From Paraspadella gotoi (taxonomy: Eukaryota > Animalia > Chaetognatha): a stretch of DNA of 64,000 bases. A model generated the notes under the pieces. That model did no database searches. It saw only the letters and a program-made list of their open reading frames with translations, and was not told where the DNA came from. The position numbers and the translations under genes were made by a program. Below are positions 1 through 11,304 of this stretch, in pieces (within the stretch, counting starts at the first letter, position 1; every line of letters starts with the position of its first letter). The stretch spans positions 19,165,590-19,229,589 of the forward strand of contig CM119264.1 of the NCBI GenBank assembly GCA_051294375.1, in the 5' to 3' direction.

Positions 1-2242
1 TCCAAAAACAACAGGCCCTTGCGTTAATGTGCAGAATATATGTGGGTAGCATCAACTTTGAATTGAGGGAAGACACACTAAAGCAGGTTTAACAATTACC
101 ATATTATGAAATTTTAGACTCTTGTAGAAAAATGTTTTTGTCTCAGGCATTTGCTCCGTTTGGTCCCATCAAAAATGTTTCGTTGTCGTGGGATCCACAG
201 CTAAACAAACATAAAGGGTTTGCCTTTGTCGAGTACGAGATTCCCGAGAGCGCGCATTTAGCTCTGGACCAGGTATTATAATTTATATTATGAAGCGTAT
301 TTTATATTCAAGGACTGCGTAGTGCGTACAGCTTCTCAAACTTTTGGTGATGCTCTTTCAGATGAACGGAGTTATGATGGGAGGCCGAAACATTAAGGTG
401 GGAAGGCCGTCGAACATGCCTCAGGCGCAACCAATTATTGAAGCTGTGAGTTATTATAGTATGAACCAAATACAACACATATTTGAAATTTTTTTTATTT
501 ATTCTTCCAATAAAAAAAAAGCTCGCAGAAGAAGCCCACAATGCCAATCGCATATTTATCGCTTCAATTCACAATGAACTCACTGAAATGGATGTCCGTT
601 CCGTGTTTGAAGCCTTTGGGAAAATAAATTCTTGCCAGCTGGCGCCGGCGCCTGTTGGCGGATGTGGGAAGCACCGTGGTTTTGGATTCATCGAGTACGA
701 CACTCAGCAGGCTGCCCAAGACGCCATCGCATCCATGAATCTCTTTGATTTAGGTTCGTCGTGGATAATATTAGAGAGTAAAAAATAAAATAAAATTGTA
801 CAAATAATACAAAATAGTACAAAATATTTTTTTTCTGCATTAGGCGGACAGTACCTTCGTGTAGGAAAAGCCATCACTCCAGCAGACGCCATTATTGGTG
901 GTTCGCCGACAGTTGTGACTACTACATCTTCTGTGGTGTTGCAACCTATGCCTACAGCTGCTGCTGTAGCGGCGGCGGCGGCCACCGCCAAAATTCAAGC
1001 AATGGAGGCAATTGAGGCACCAAAGGTAGTTGTACCGAAATTGGGGTCTCCTGCACAATCTGTCATTCCTCCACCAGGTAAGTCCCTTTCGACCTTTGTT
1101 ATGTTACTTAATCTTTAATTTTATTTTGATTTTTTATAAAAATTTATTCAGCGGTCGTCACTATCCCTACTTTGTCCGTAACATCTTCTCCATCTATGGC
1201 TCCTGGCATTGTGACGCCTCTTCTCACGACGTCTACGGTACCTCCGCCCACATCTTCGGGGCCTCCTTCTCTCATGGATGTACAAGTGACGCCGACGGGA
1301 GCTTTGGCTCAGGTCTACTACTCGATATAAAATTTTGCTTGTTTTGTTAATTTGGTTAATCTGTAGATTCTGTTTTATACTACGTAAGTGGAAATAATAT
1401 ACGTAATTTTCGTATTTTAACTGACATTTTGATTCTGTTAGGCTCAAGCCGCGCTCGCTGCAGCAGCGAAAGCGGCTCAGGAAGCAGCCGTGGCTGCCGG
1501 ATTGGCCACGCCGGATGGAGCCATTTTACCCGATAAAATGGAAGAAGAAATGGTTGAAAAATCTTTGCATGCCCAGGAAGAGGGAATGAAGGCAAGTTCT
1601 TACGGCAATTATGTAAATTAACTGCAAGATAGCTTTGAATTATATGGTAAAAAATTTGTTTCCTTGCTTAGGTTTCTGGTTCAAGTCAACGACACATGGT
1701 AATGCAAAAGCTTATGTCGCGGAAACTGCAATCTCGGGTTGTCATTTTGCGAAACATGGTGGGTCCTGACGACATTGACGAGGAGCTGGAGGAAGAAGTA
1801 ACATCGGAATGCGAGTCATTTGGCAATGTGGAAAGAGTTATAATATATCAGGTCATTGATTGACTGCTAATGAATTCCTAAAATTCCCTATACGTAGATG
1901 CGTATCCTGAACTCTCCCTGTCAATTACTTTATGAAGATGTCGATACGCCGCAACACATTCAAACTTTCTAGATTCCCATATTTTTGAGATGCCGTATCG
2001 ATCATGTGAATTTTCATACTAGTAACTATGGTAACTATGGAATTGTTAAATAAACTTTTCAGGAACGTCAAGGGGAAGAGGATGACGCTGAAGTCATCAT
2101 CAAAATTTTTGTAGAATTCACAAACCCAACATCGGCGGAAAAAGCGATTGACGCTCTCAACGGTCGCTACTTTGGCGGAAGAGTTGTGAAAGCAGAACTC
2201 TATGACCAGGGATCATTTGACGTCAATGATCTTTCTGGTTAA
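1..2242 (+). CDS. PUF60: Poly(U)-binding splicing factor PUF60 / half-pint (RRM1-RRM2-linker-UHM), 5'-truncated by the window edge
   Basis: Manual splicing gives exons <1-86, 147-272, 362-445, 522-753, 844-1077, 1152-1312, 1442-1591, 1672-1851 and 2063-2242 (TAA 2240-2242) in one continuous frame. Translation includes [141 protein letters not shown] and [19 protein letters not shown], all matching PUF60 as I know it. All introns are GT-AG except intron 7 (GC-AG). Confidence 0.97.
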
Positions 2243-2502
2243 CTTGATATCTTGATACTTACGTCGCGCGCCCTTTAAATATTTTTACACATCAAGCCGT
2301 GTATATTTTCTTCATAAATCGCCTTTTGGTCCCCAACTCGCTCGCTTACTTTCGTATTTTCGCAAAATATCTCTTTGAAAGTTGTTTTTATTTACCATCC
2401 AAATGCTAGGGAATGTCTTATTTGGAATGTTTTTATTTTTTTCTCACGAGTGTAAATGTTTATCGTAGCTGAAGTCAGTATATTTTACATAAAGAATGAG
2501 AA

Positions 2503-3119
2503 ATAGGCTTTCAGATGGGAGTGAAATGAAAATATCAAATACTGTGGTTAAATTAGTTGTTATAACAACTATATATTTTGTACCCTGGTAAAAAAATTGC
2601 TGACGTTTTTTATTTTTCAACTCTCAATAGTCCAGCTTGCTTACTTTCATAGTTATGTGATCATCATTGACATGGTCAAATTGCAGAAAAGGATTTTTTG
2701 TTGTATTTCAATAGGACCTTACTGTTATAATATATATTTTGATGTAAAAAAATGACATATTGGTTCCTTTTATAGATATAGACGGTGCCTGTGCAATCAG
2801 AAAGTCACAACTAAAATGACACCCTTTTTTTATTTTATAGTTTTTTTAGTTAAAATTAAAAAGGCAAGAGCCTGTTGATAACTAAACCTTAAAATATATT
2901 AAGAATTTTTTTTGCATGCTCCCAAGATATTATACTAACTAAAAGAAATTGAAATATTCGTCTCGATTTTTTTCACAATTAGTTTAAAATTAAAAAAATC
3001 TCGGAAAAAAAATCATTTATGATAAGTATTGTTAATTTGCTGTATGGGCATATAAACGTCAGTCAGTCAGTTATGAGTTATTACAACTGTTTTCATTTCA
3101 CTCCCATTTGTAATCCGTG
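2503..3119. mobile_element. MITE / non-autonomous DNA transposon (family 1), degenerate copy just downstream of PUF60
   Basis: The left end ATAGGCTTTCAGATGGGAGTGAAATGAAAA and right end TTTTCATTTCACTCCCATTTGTAATCCGTG are imperfect inverted repeats. Subterminal sequence matches the element at 42067-42424 in the opposite orientation. Confidence 0.75.
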
Positions 3120-3965
3120 TTTATGAAAAAAAAATTTAGTACATGATATTTTTACGATTAGCATCATGAGCAATTAATGTCACTTGGAGACGTCCCAAAT
3201 TCGACTCTGTCTTTGTATTTTGATTAAATGAACCTTTGTTAAAACTATTGGCGGAATATTTTTTTTCAAATAGTGAAGGATAGTGCTAGCTAATCAATTG
3301 GATTCAGCTTTTGAAGATAGGTAATGTTTCTATTTTATTTTCCAATACTGGTCAATTGTTTAAATTAAAATTATTTTAAATGAAGGAGCAGAATTAAGTT
3401 GAATTGATCAAATTGTTAGCGAAGTAAGTTTGTTTCCATTCCAAAAGTTTGCCCAACATACTAATATACAATTATACATTCACTATATACAAGACTTGTA
3501 TATAAAGAAAAGACGACTTAATTTTGCTTGCGGAGATATTTGTAAATTGGCGCCTATAAATCATTGATTGCAAAATTTAAAAACTCGTTTTGGGTATTAT
3601 TTACAGCCTTAGTAAAAAATATTCCTCAATACTATGGCGCCTTTAAGCTGCAATTATAAGTCACGACTAAAATATTATGCCTCGCCTCCATCTTAACTGA
3701 GCTAAGCAGGGGAAAGCTCAATCAAAAAAAACTAAACTTTAAATCTATTGACTTTAGGTGGTTAAACCTCGAGTCAAAACTTTGTTCCCTTCAGTTCTAT
3801 TTTCGAAAACCAGTTTTCTGGACCAGAATCTGGTGGACCACTTTTTTTTTGCGTCGTCTTTGTCATGCGACACTTAATTTCGAAGTGTTCAGTTATGCAA
3901 TTACCACTGTCTTGTTGCGTCTTGTGACATTCTGGAGCTAAGCGCTTTTGCAACTGAATCAATTC

Positions 3966-5705
3966 ATGGCGAAACGACCCGATTTTTTAAATGATTCCAA
4001 ATTCAAACGCAGCGTTTTTGCTACTGCCACATTCAAGTGGATTCTGTTCTTTCTTCTGGACGTGGGATCGGACCTCGCCCTTGCAATCAACTACTTCCAC
4101 GACGAAAAAATCCGTGAGGGTTCGTGTACAGCGTTGTATATTGCATTAGGGTGCTTGCTCCAGGTTCGTGGCCTTTTGTTTACCACTCCTATGTTATTGT
4201 CTGTCTTTACAATTACAAATAGAACCAAGTTACGGGACAAAAGAGGCTTTTTTTTTTCCATGTTTGTAATTTTTTCGTCTGGTTATTCTCGTTTCCTCCA
4301 CAAAATAAGTAAACCGTCCTAGGATAACCGCGCCAGTGGCAGGCGGCGCCACTGAGGGTCGGAAGCCCCTAAAGCCATCTGAAATGGGAAATAAAAAAAC
4401 GTCAAAGGGAGATAAGAATTTAATTAATCAGAAATGACGAAAAATTGTTTTGACAAAAAAATCAAATAATCAAGGGGTATCGTTATGTATGAATTTCAAT
4501 ATTTAAAACTACAACAATAGAATTCTACCAACAGGTTTGCTTTGCTTTGTGGAGTGCACGGCGGGGAGAGATTCTATGGAAAAAACTGTGGTACCTTGTC
4601 CCACTCGCAATGCTAGGGATGACCCCGATGTTAGTAAAAAAAATTGTAATAAGTTTTAGTATTGTTGGAATAGACATAATCACTATAATCAGGTTTTTTC
4701 CAGCTACTATTATGTCGTCGCCCTTCACCTACGTCTCAACTCCTCCGACAAATCTGGTTCAAAGTCCGCCCTTCGCTTCGCCCGAAGTTTTCGGTTCTGG
4801 GAGATAGCTGGCGAAGCCGTTCCTCAGTTTGGTTTCCAGCTCAATCTCATCATCGAGAACAACGCATTTAACTTCAGTCAGTTGTTTTCCCTGTCGACAT
4901 CGCTCGTAGGTATAGCCAGGAACCTGTCTCCTTGCCTGCTGGCCCTCGTAGCCAAAGGAAGATCGAAAGCTGTAATTCCCAACTGGATCTTGGCTCCACT
5001 GATTGGCCTTCAAATGACCACATATATCATTCCTATTCGGATTGCTTCGTCGACCTTTCCGTAATAATAATGCAATTACTTAGTGTATGCCAACTCTTGA
5101 TATTGTTGTTTTGTTATTCTTACAGAGGAATCCAGTTTATCTGGATCGGTTTCTACGTGGGCTCCATTTTGCAGTGGCTTTGTTTCAACTTTAGACGATT
5201 CCCACTCTTGGTTTGCCTATTTTTCGTCATGCTCCACTTTTTTTCTTTCCTCGTCACTAACTTCGTCTCGTCAAGTTGGTTCGTGTCCTTCGTTCCCTTC
5301 CTGCCAGCAAACTCGACCTTCTCCGGAGTACCCGAATTCGTCTGGCCACATCCGCTGATACATCTCCGCGGTTGGGTCACCAACGTGTCTGACCTCGGGG
5401 TCAATGATACGCTCTTCCTACGGGGGAATTGCGACGCAGTTGACCGTGTTCGGGAGTACTGCCTCACTGACTACATCACCACGCTGTACCTTTTCTTCCT
5501 TTATTCCAGCATAGTGCTTTTCTTTTATCAGTGTTTGTTGTGGGGACTTTATTTGGGAATATTTCGAGATAGAGCTCTTCGAAAAGCGAGAGAGCGACAC
5601 TTTTCTCTCGTTCAGGACACTCGGTTGTCCAAAAGCCCAAACAAGACTGAAGCGGAAGGTTCTGGTATTGGAGCAAGAGAAGATGGCCCGATGATTACCA
5701 GGTAA
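3966..5705 (+). CDS. XK-related (XKR / CED-8 family) multi-pass membrane protein, putative phospholipid scramblase-like, divergent
   Basis: Phase-compatible exons 3966-4163, 4535-4629, 4704-5060 and 5126-5705 with GT-AG introns. The N-terminal FLLDVGSDLALAINYF resembles the XK first-helix motif (D-x-x-T/S-D...Y). RFWEIAGEAVPQFGFQLNLII resembles the XK E-S-x-P-Q-L-x-L-Q motif and is followed by QLFSLSTSLVGIA. There are several hydrophobic segments. The 3' end could splice further, because CAG|GTAAAC overlaps the stop. Confidence 0.78.
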
Positions 5706-6526
5706 ACGAAAGAAAGCATTTGACAATTTTTTTATACAAAATTTTAGATTGTTTACATTTTAATGTTTAACGTTACGGTTATGCTAGAACTTATATTGAA
5801 TTTTTGCTGAAAAATACGCCGCTAAAAGTCCATGCAAACCTTTTTTCCAATCTACATTGACATATAGGTATATATAAAAACTCCATCATCATCGCGTCTA
5901 TCCTCTTTATACCTTAAATTAAACTTTAATAAACTTTAAACGATGATTTATAAGATGCTCTCCTGACTGAACTTGTATTGTTGTACGACAGTAAACTTAA
6001 AGCAGCTACTGATTCAATATGAATTACTTGTCGTCATTAGTCATATGTTCTTTACATTTAGTTATTTATTTTTTTATCATGGTATAATTTTACTTTCGCC
6101 GACTGGAACCCACCCAGTCAGTTATTTCTCTAGTTGCATATATCATTATTTTTTTATCGTCGTTAGCTCTTGAGACCATTTTGTGACGATGGTCCCAATA
6201 AACGGCGTCAAAGTTGTTGTCGTCGGAGTTCTTAATTATTGATCGCTTTTTATATATTATTTTTAATTGATTACGATGTCTTTTACAAACGATAGTTATA
6301 TTTTTAATGTTTGATCTATTGTGGATTCCTGTCACATTATGACTTACTGTAATAGGTAAATTAGCATATAGTATAGGAAATTTTTGTTGCTGTCTATTCT
6401 GATTCGTTTAAAAACGAGTTGATCTCTGCAGCGGCTGAATATTGTTGTCTCTTTTTTTTATTAAAAACAATTTTATATCAATATCGAACTCATGATGTTA
6501 AGGATTTTATCATATTACCGGCTAAA

Positions 6527-6702
6527 TTATACTTTCGCCGACCGCGGTTTTGGCGGCTTTTGAAAAACCATTTAAAAATAAATTTAAAAAAAATATTACT
6601 TAATTACCTTAACCCTAAACCCTCTTAACCCTAACTACCTCTAACCACCTCTAACTCTAAACCACCCTAACCCCTCCCTAACCCCGGTTGGCGAAAGTAA
6701 AA
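6527..6702. mobile_element. Small MITE-like element with 21-bp TIRs enclosing telomere-like repeats
   Basis: TTATACTTTCGCCGACCGCGG (6527-6547) matches the reverse complement of 6682-6702 (TTTTACTTTCGCCAACCGGGG) at 18/21 positions. A lone similar end lies at 6088-6106. Confidence 0.6.
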
Positions 6703-7145
6703 GTAACCCTTTTTACCATCGCGCCTCGGCCTTCATGGCCTTAACCCTAAACCTAATCCATTCCCCTGGCTCGCGACATCGCCAGCAAGCCACCTGCTCC
6801 AACCTAACCCTAAACTGGGCCCCGATCCAAATCCTAACCCACGGGCCTCTCCCCCAACCCTAATCATAACCCGGGCCTTCCGTATATCTCCGAGCTTCAA
6901 GCCTAACCCTTATGTTCTTCACATGGCTCTCTCTCTTAACTCTCTCCCTAACCTGGCCCAACCCGGGTCTCCCGGTCATCGCCGAGACCAAACCCTAATC
7001 CCTAATGTCCCTCGCCAGTACCTTCCCAAACCCTAACCGTAACCCGGGCCTCCTGTCCATCAAGACTCACCCTACCCCTCACTTAAAAATTGACATTAAC
7101 ATTAAAGTACTCAACACTAATGCAGAAACCTAACCCTAACCCTTT
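6605..7145 (+). repeat. Degenerate interstitial telomere-like repeats (TAACCC/TAAACCC variants) interspersed with an AACCCGGGCC motif
   Basis: Many CCTAA/CCCTAA/CCCTAAA units on the + strand, for example CTTAACCCTAAACCCTCTTAACCCTAACTACCTCTAACC and AAACCTAACCCTAACC. Confidence 0.75.
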
Positions 7146-7149
7146 ATCT

Positions 7150-7392
7150 GCAAACCCAATGGTCCCGGGTTCTAGCCCGAGTTAAAATATTTCTTGCAAA
7201 AGAGTGACGGCCGGTTAAACCACCGGTAGCAAGCCTACCGCCGGATCCTAAGCTCCGAAAAGCAAAGCAACTGTCAGAAATCTCCGCACATCAAGTGTGA
7301 GGGGCTGAGGGCTATCCATACCTTTAGAGAGGCTCGGCGACCCTCTCTCTTCTCGGTCACTTCAAAAAGTTCAATAAATAGGTTTTATTACA
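7150..7392 (+). mobile_element. Partial solo-LTR-like structured repeat (copy C) related to the LTRs at 35.76-36.6 kb
   Basis: AAACCCAATGGTCCCGGGTTCTAGCCCGAGTTA...AGAGTGACGG-hairpin-TAGCA aligns with AAAACCCAAGGTAACCGGGGTTCTAGGCCCGG...GTTA...AGAGGGACGG-hairpin-TAACA at 35846-35928. It ends with AATAAA and then ATTACA, like an LTR 3' end. Confidence 0.5.
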
Positions 7393-9492
7393 CGCTTTAG
7401 TAACAAACTCCGTGAATTTGGTTGGTTAATTGGTTTCATGCATTTTTATTTTAGTAATATATATTTTGTTTTCATTTAAGTTCCATTACTTTTTGTTAAA
7501 AATATTAATTAGACTAATATAATCAAACTGTCTCTTACCATAAAAAGGAATGTTCTGAGAAATTCCGACAAACTATTACCAAGTCATTAAAAAAGTTTCT
7601 ACTTCGCCAGAAGACCTGATGAACGAATACAAACAAATTTGTCATTACCGCCGATTCCATCGATCGTACCGATGGTACCAATGGTCCCGATGGTCCGATC
7701 CCATATGCCTGCGGATCTAATCTGTCATTAATTCTTGAGGGAAACGAGGCGGAAAAAAAAATTGAAAGAAAAAAAAAACAAAAAGAAAAAGCAGTGATAT
7801 TAAAAGTGGAAACCTAAAGGAAAAATCAAAAAAAGCAAAAAAAATTTGAAGCCAGAGAAAGGTTCATCCCTTAGTGAATGAAGAAAAGAGCACGAATTCT
7901 GACATTTTTGTAGATGGCTGGAAAAAAAGAAAAGGGGAGGAAAAAAAGAGACACTTTTCAGGGCTTAGAAAAAGAAAGTGAGGGCGCAAAGTAAGATGCC
8001 AGTGCGAGAGCGGATTGACATTTGGATTTAAGGCTTGCGGGCGGGTTGAGTAGCGAAATGAATGTTGGGCGTTTTGGTGAGCGCGGCGGGGTGGCTCCTG
8101 ATGAATAACAATGAAAGGTTCGGGTTTATTGCGTTGTGCGGCGGAAATTGTTCCTCGGTGGCTAATCACCTTTCGCAACAGGATGAGGAATGAGTTTATT
8201 GTTGTCGTCTATGTGGTTACGCGCAGGCGACATTCTGTTTATTTCTCGATAGCGATTAACCGATTAGCCTAAATGGAATGGGAACAATGACGTTCACGTT
8301 TCGCTTATTTTAAGGTGTGGCCTGTGACTGTGTTCATTTTATACCTGGGACAGCGAGATTGCTCGCCACTGCAAGACGTTTGAGACTGGAAAATGGCAAC
8401 ACTCCTTGCAGCTCAATTTAGTAGTATAAATAAATTAGTATAATAATTTATTACGCTTCATTGTCGCTTCAGCTTAAGCTGCCATAAGCGTTTCCGCCAA
8501 GTCATTGGAACTCCTGAAACAGTGAGTTATTCCCAAACTCTCTTTAATTTGGAGTGGGAGCTTAATTTCATCCTTCGCTCGCGGAAAGGGAAAAAACACC
8601 ATTGTTATGAAAATGAGCCGGTGAATTGCGGTTGATGGTTGTGACACGAGGGTCACGCTTACGAATTGGACGCGAGACGAAGAGGAACGGAACGACGAAG
8701 GAGAAATAGGAAGGAAGCTGAAAAATGTTATAAGTTTTTAGAAGAGTAAAACGAAAAGACTGACAAAGATTCGGGAAGAGTGTTTGAGAAGCCATAAGGA
8801 GGCTTAAATGGGGACAAGGCCAAAGAAAAAAATATTAGTTAATGTTTATCTGTTGGTTTCCAAGAAAAGAGCAACGAGCTAAAAAACATCAATGACATAG
8901 CTAGTAGCTACAGCATTTCAACTTTTGGAATTCAAATTTTATGCCGACAGGAAGTCAAACTTGAAAGTCGCGGTGCTATCTGTTAATCTCTTCTTCCCTG
9001 TAGTAAATAGAAATATAGAATTTCCTTCATTAAAATTAATTACCTTCACCGTCGTATTAATTATGCAAGTCGAATAAGAGATATTGTTCATTTAAGGCGA
9101 CAAAACGTTACATTAATATTATTAACGTCATTATCGCGCGACATTTCAATACTCCCTCCTAACACCCTGCTTGTTTTGTCGCTCCGTCGTCTCCCCGGGT
9201 TATTTTTAATTTATTTTCCCGGCGTTTCATTTGTTCCAGCGACGACGGAATCTCTCTCTCCACACAAACTAACACCCACACTTGTTCGTCGAGGAAGTGG
9301 AGAGCGAAGAGTTTTTCTCCTAACCGCTCTTCTTTCGATTATAACTTCTCGTTGTCATCGGATGTAGCTTTCTCCGTGATTACTATTATTTCTTTGTCTC
9401 CTACAGGTTTATACGTTATGTTGACCAACACTACTCTATAGTTTTGTTATTCGATGTAAAGTGTACACATAGTGCTATGACAATGAATAAAC

Positions 9493-9678
9493 GAGTGAAT
9501 AAACGAGACTGTGAGAGTGTTTTGATTGAAAGCTTGCAGAGACCAGCTATGTCATTATCTTGTAAGAGTGATGGAGGCTTTAAACCACCAAAGCCTGTCC
9601 ATTGTCCAAAGTCAAGGGCAAGATAGCTTGTTTATTAAATGAATGGATAATTTTTATAATGGTTGTACCAATTTCATA
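9493..9678 (+). repeat. Dispersed ~185-bp repeat (family 2), unclassified
   Basis: Near-identical to 45183-45361 and 58555-58730 (GAGTGAATAAACGAGACTGTGAGAG...GGTTGTACCAATTTCATA). A diverged reverse-strand partial copy lies at 28076-28180. Confidence 0.85.
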
Positions 9679-9895
9679 CATTCATTGTTTGTTGTTTTTA
9701 TTCATCACCATTCACCAATTCATTTCGATGAATAGCAATATTTTATCATCAACATCATCTCTAAACCCTTTCTCTCTTCTCAGGAGAGAGCTCGTCTCAC
9801 TTCTTTTCTACTTCTAATACATTGTGGTATAATCCTTTCGTTTCGTTGTGTAATGACAATTAGAAGAGTTTAAAATTAGTTTCAAAAAGGTTTTT

Positions 9896-9939
9896 TAACG
9901 CTGATGAAGGCTTGTACCTAAGCCGAAACATATCCGTTA
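9896..9939 (+). ncRNA. Minimal type I hammerhead ribozyme-like motif (probably degenerate)
   Basis: TAACG-CTGATGA-A-GGCTT(GTACCT)AAGCC-GAAAC-AT-ATC-CGTTA. Stem I is TAACG/CGTTA, the core boxes CUGAUGA and GAAA are present, stem II is 5 bp, and the NUH site is AUC. Stem III reads ACATAT rather than the palindromic ACATGT. Confidence 0.6.
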
Positions 9940-11304
9940 TTAATGAAATAAATCGTTGTTGAAACTAATTTCAAACTCTTTTACTTCTAATACAATAATA
10001 TAATTCTCTTATTTTTCGTCTTCTACACTTTCTTACATTATAATAAGAAAGATATCTATTATCGATTATTTTTATTGTGTTTCTTTTTTTTATACTATTC
10101 GTCATTGTATATTAATCCTCATGAATATTTTTTTGTTGAGCGGATTTTTCGACGCGAAGCTGCGCCAACGTGAATTTCTCTTTTTTTCCTTTTTCCCTTC
10201 ATAACGGAGCCCCGCTGGTTTCGCCGGGCCTGAGGATGAGGAGTCGCGCGTGACAGAACGCATCTGGATTTTCTCAGTAAAGATCACCCAAAGTTCATCC
10301 TTTAACAGTTTTTTTTTTATTGGGAGACGGGATGTTAGGGAGCTAGGGGTGGAGTTAGGAAGACTGCAGCGAAAGGTGAGGAGGGAAAGAATATGAAGAC
10401 TGGGGAGAAAGAAGACGTCATCAACGGTTAAAAACTAAAGGGAGAAAAATAAAGAGGAAACGGCGAGGGGAAAACAGAAAGGAAAGTGGGAAGCTTCCTC
10501 CGCCATTCCGCGGGATGTTGTATATTTCATTGTGTACGGGGAACATTATGATGGCCCCTTCCTCATCTAATGGCATTTTGATTGTTGTTGGGATCGCGGA
10601 GACCGAAAAGCAGTAAAGAAAAAAAAATATAAGATAAAACCATTGTGCGTTGGTTGTTGTGGCCGTTTGAATATTCTATGTTTGTTTTCGCTGCGTTTAT
10701 GCCCTGTCTCTCTCAGCTCTTAACTTTCGTGGATCGACTCTCAATGTCTCAATTTTCTCGAAAAGCTTGCTTACCAATCATCCAATCTTTATCTAGAAAA
10801 ACAATAGTCTTCGTGCGATCGCCGTAATTAGTTTTCGTTATCGTTAATTTAATCATGGCGATAATTGCTAATTATATTAAAAAAGAAAGACACCAAAAAA
10901 TTTATAAATAAAGCAGGAGGCAGTGTGAGGGATTGCACAGACGATCGCAGGAGTGTCGACGAAGCCCACGAAAAGGTAGTGATTGGAGGATTGCAGGCAA
11001 CATCAACGTTCACTGCAGCGGTTTCATAACCGGAATCAAATTTCGCANNNNNNNNNNNNNNNNNNNNNNNNNGAGAGAAGATATTCGAGTAATTATGGGT
11101 TATAATTAGTAAAAACCTTCAGATAAATGTGACTTATGTTTGATCCATTTAAACTCATTTCCACTCGCACGATTTAATCGAACTTTAATCCAGCTTCGTC
11201 ACACTTTCCTAGCCACACACAAAAATTCATCTTAACCTATCGAGTGGTTAAAATTAGTAAAAAGATTTTAGTAAATATGACTTATGTTTTTTCCATTTAA
11301 ACTA

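Noticed and set aside
6605-7145. Possible true telomere or telomerase RNA template
   Set aside because: The repeats are degenerate, internal and interrupted, with unique sequence on both sides.
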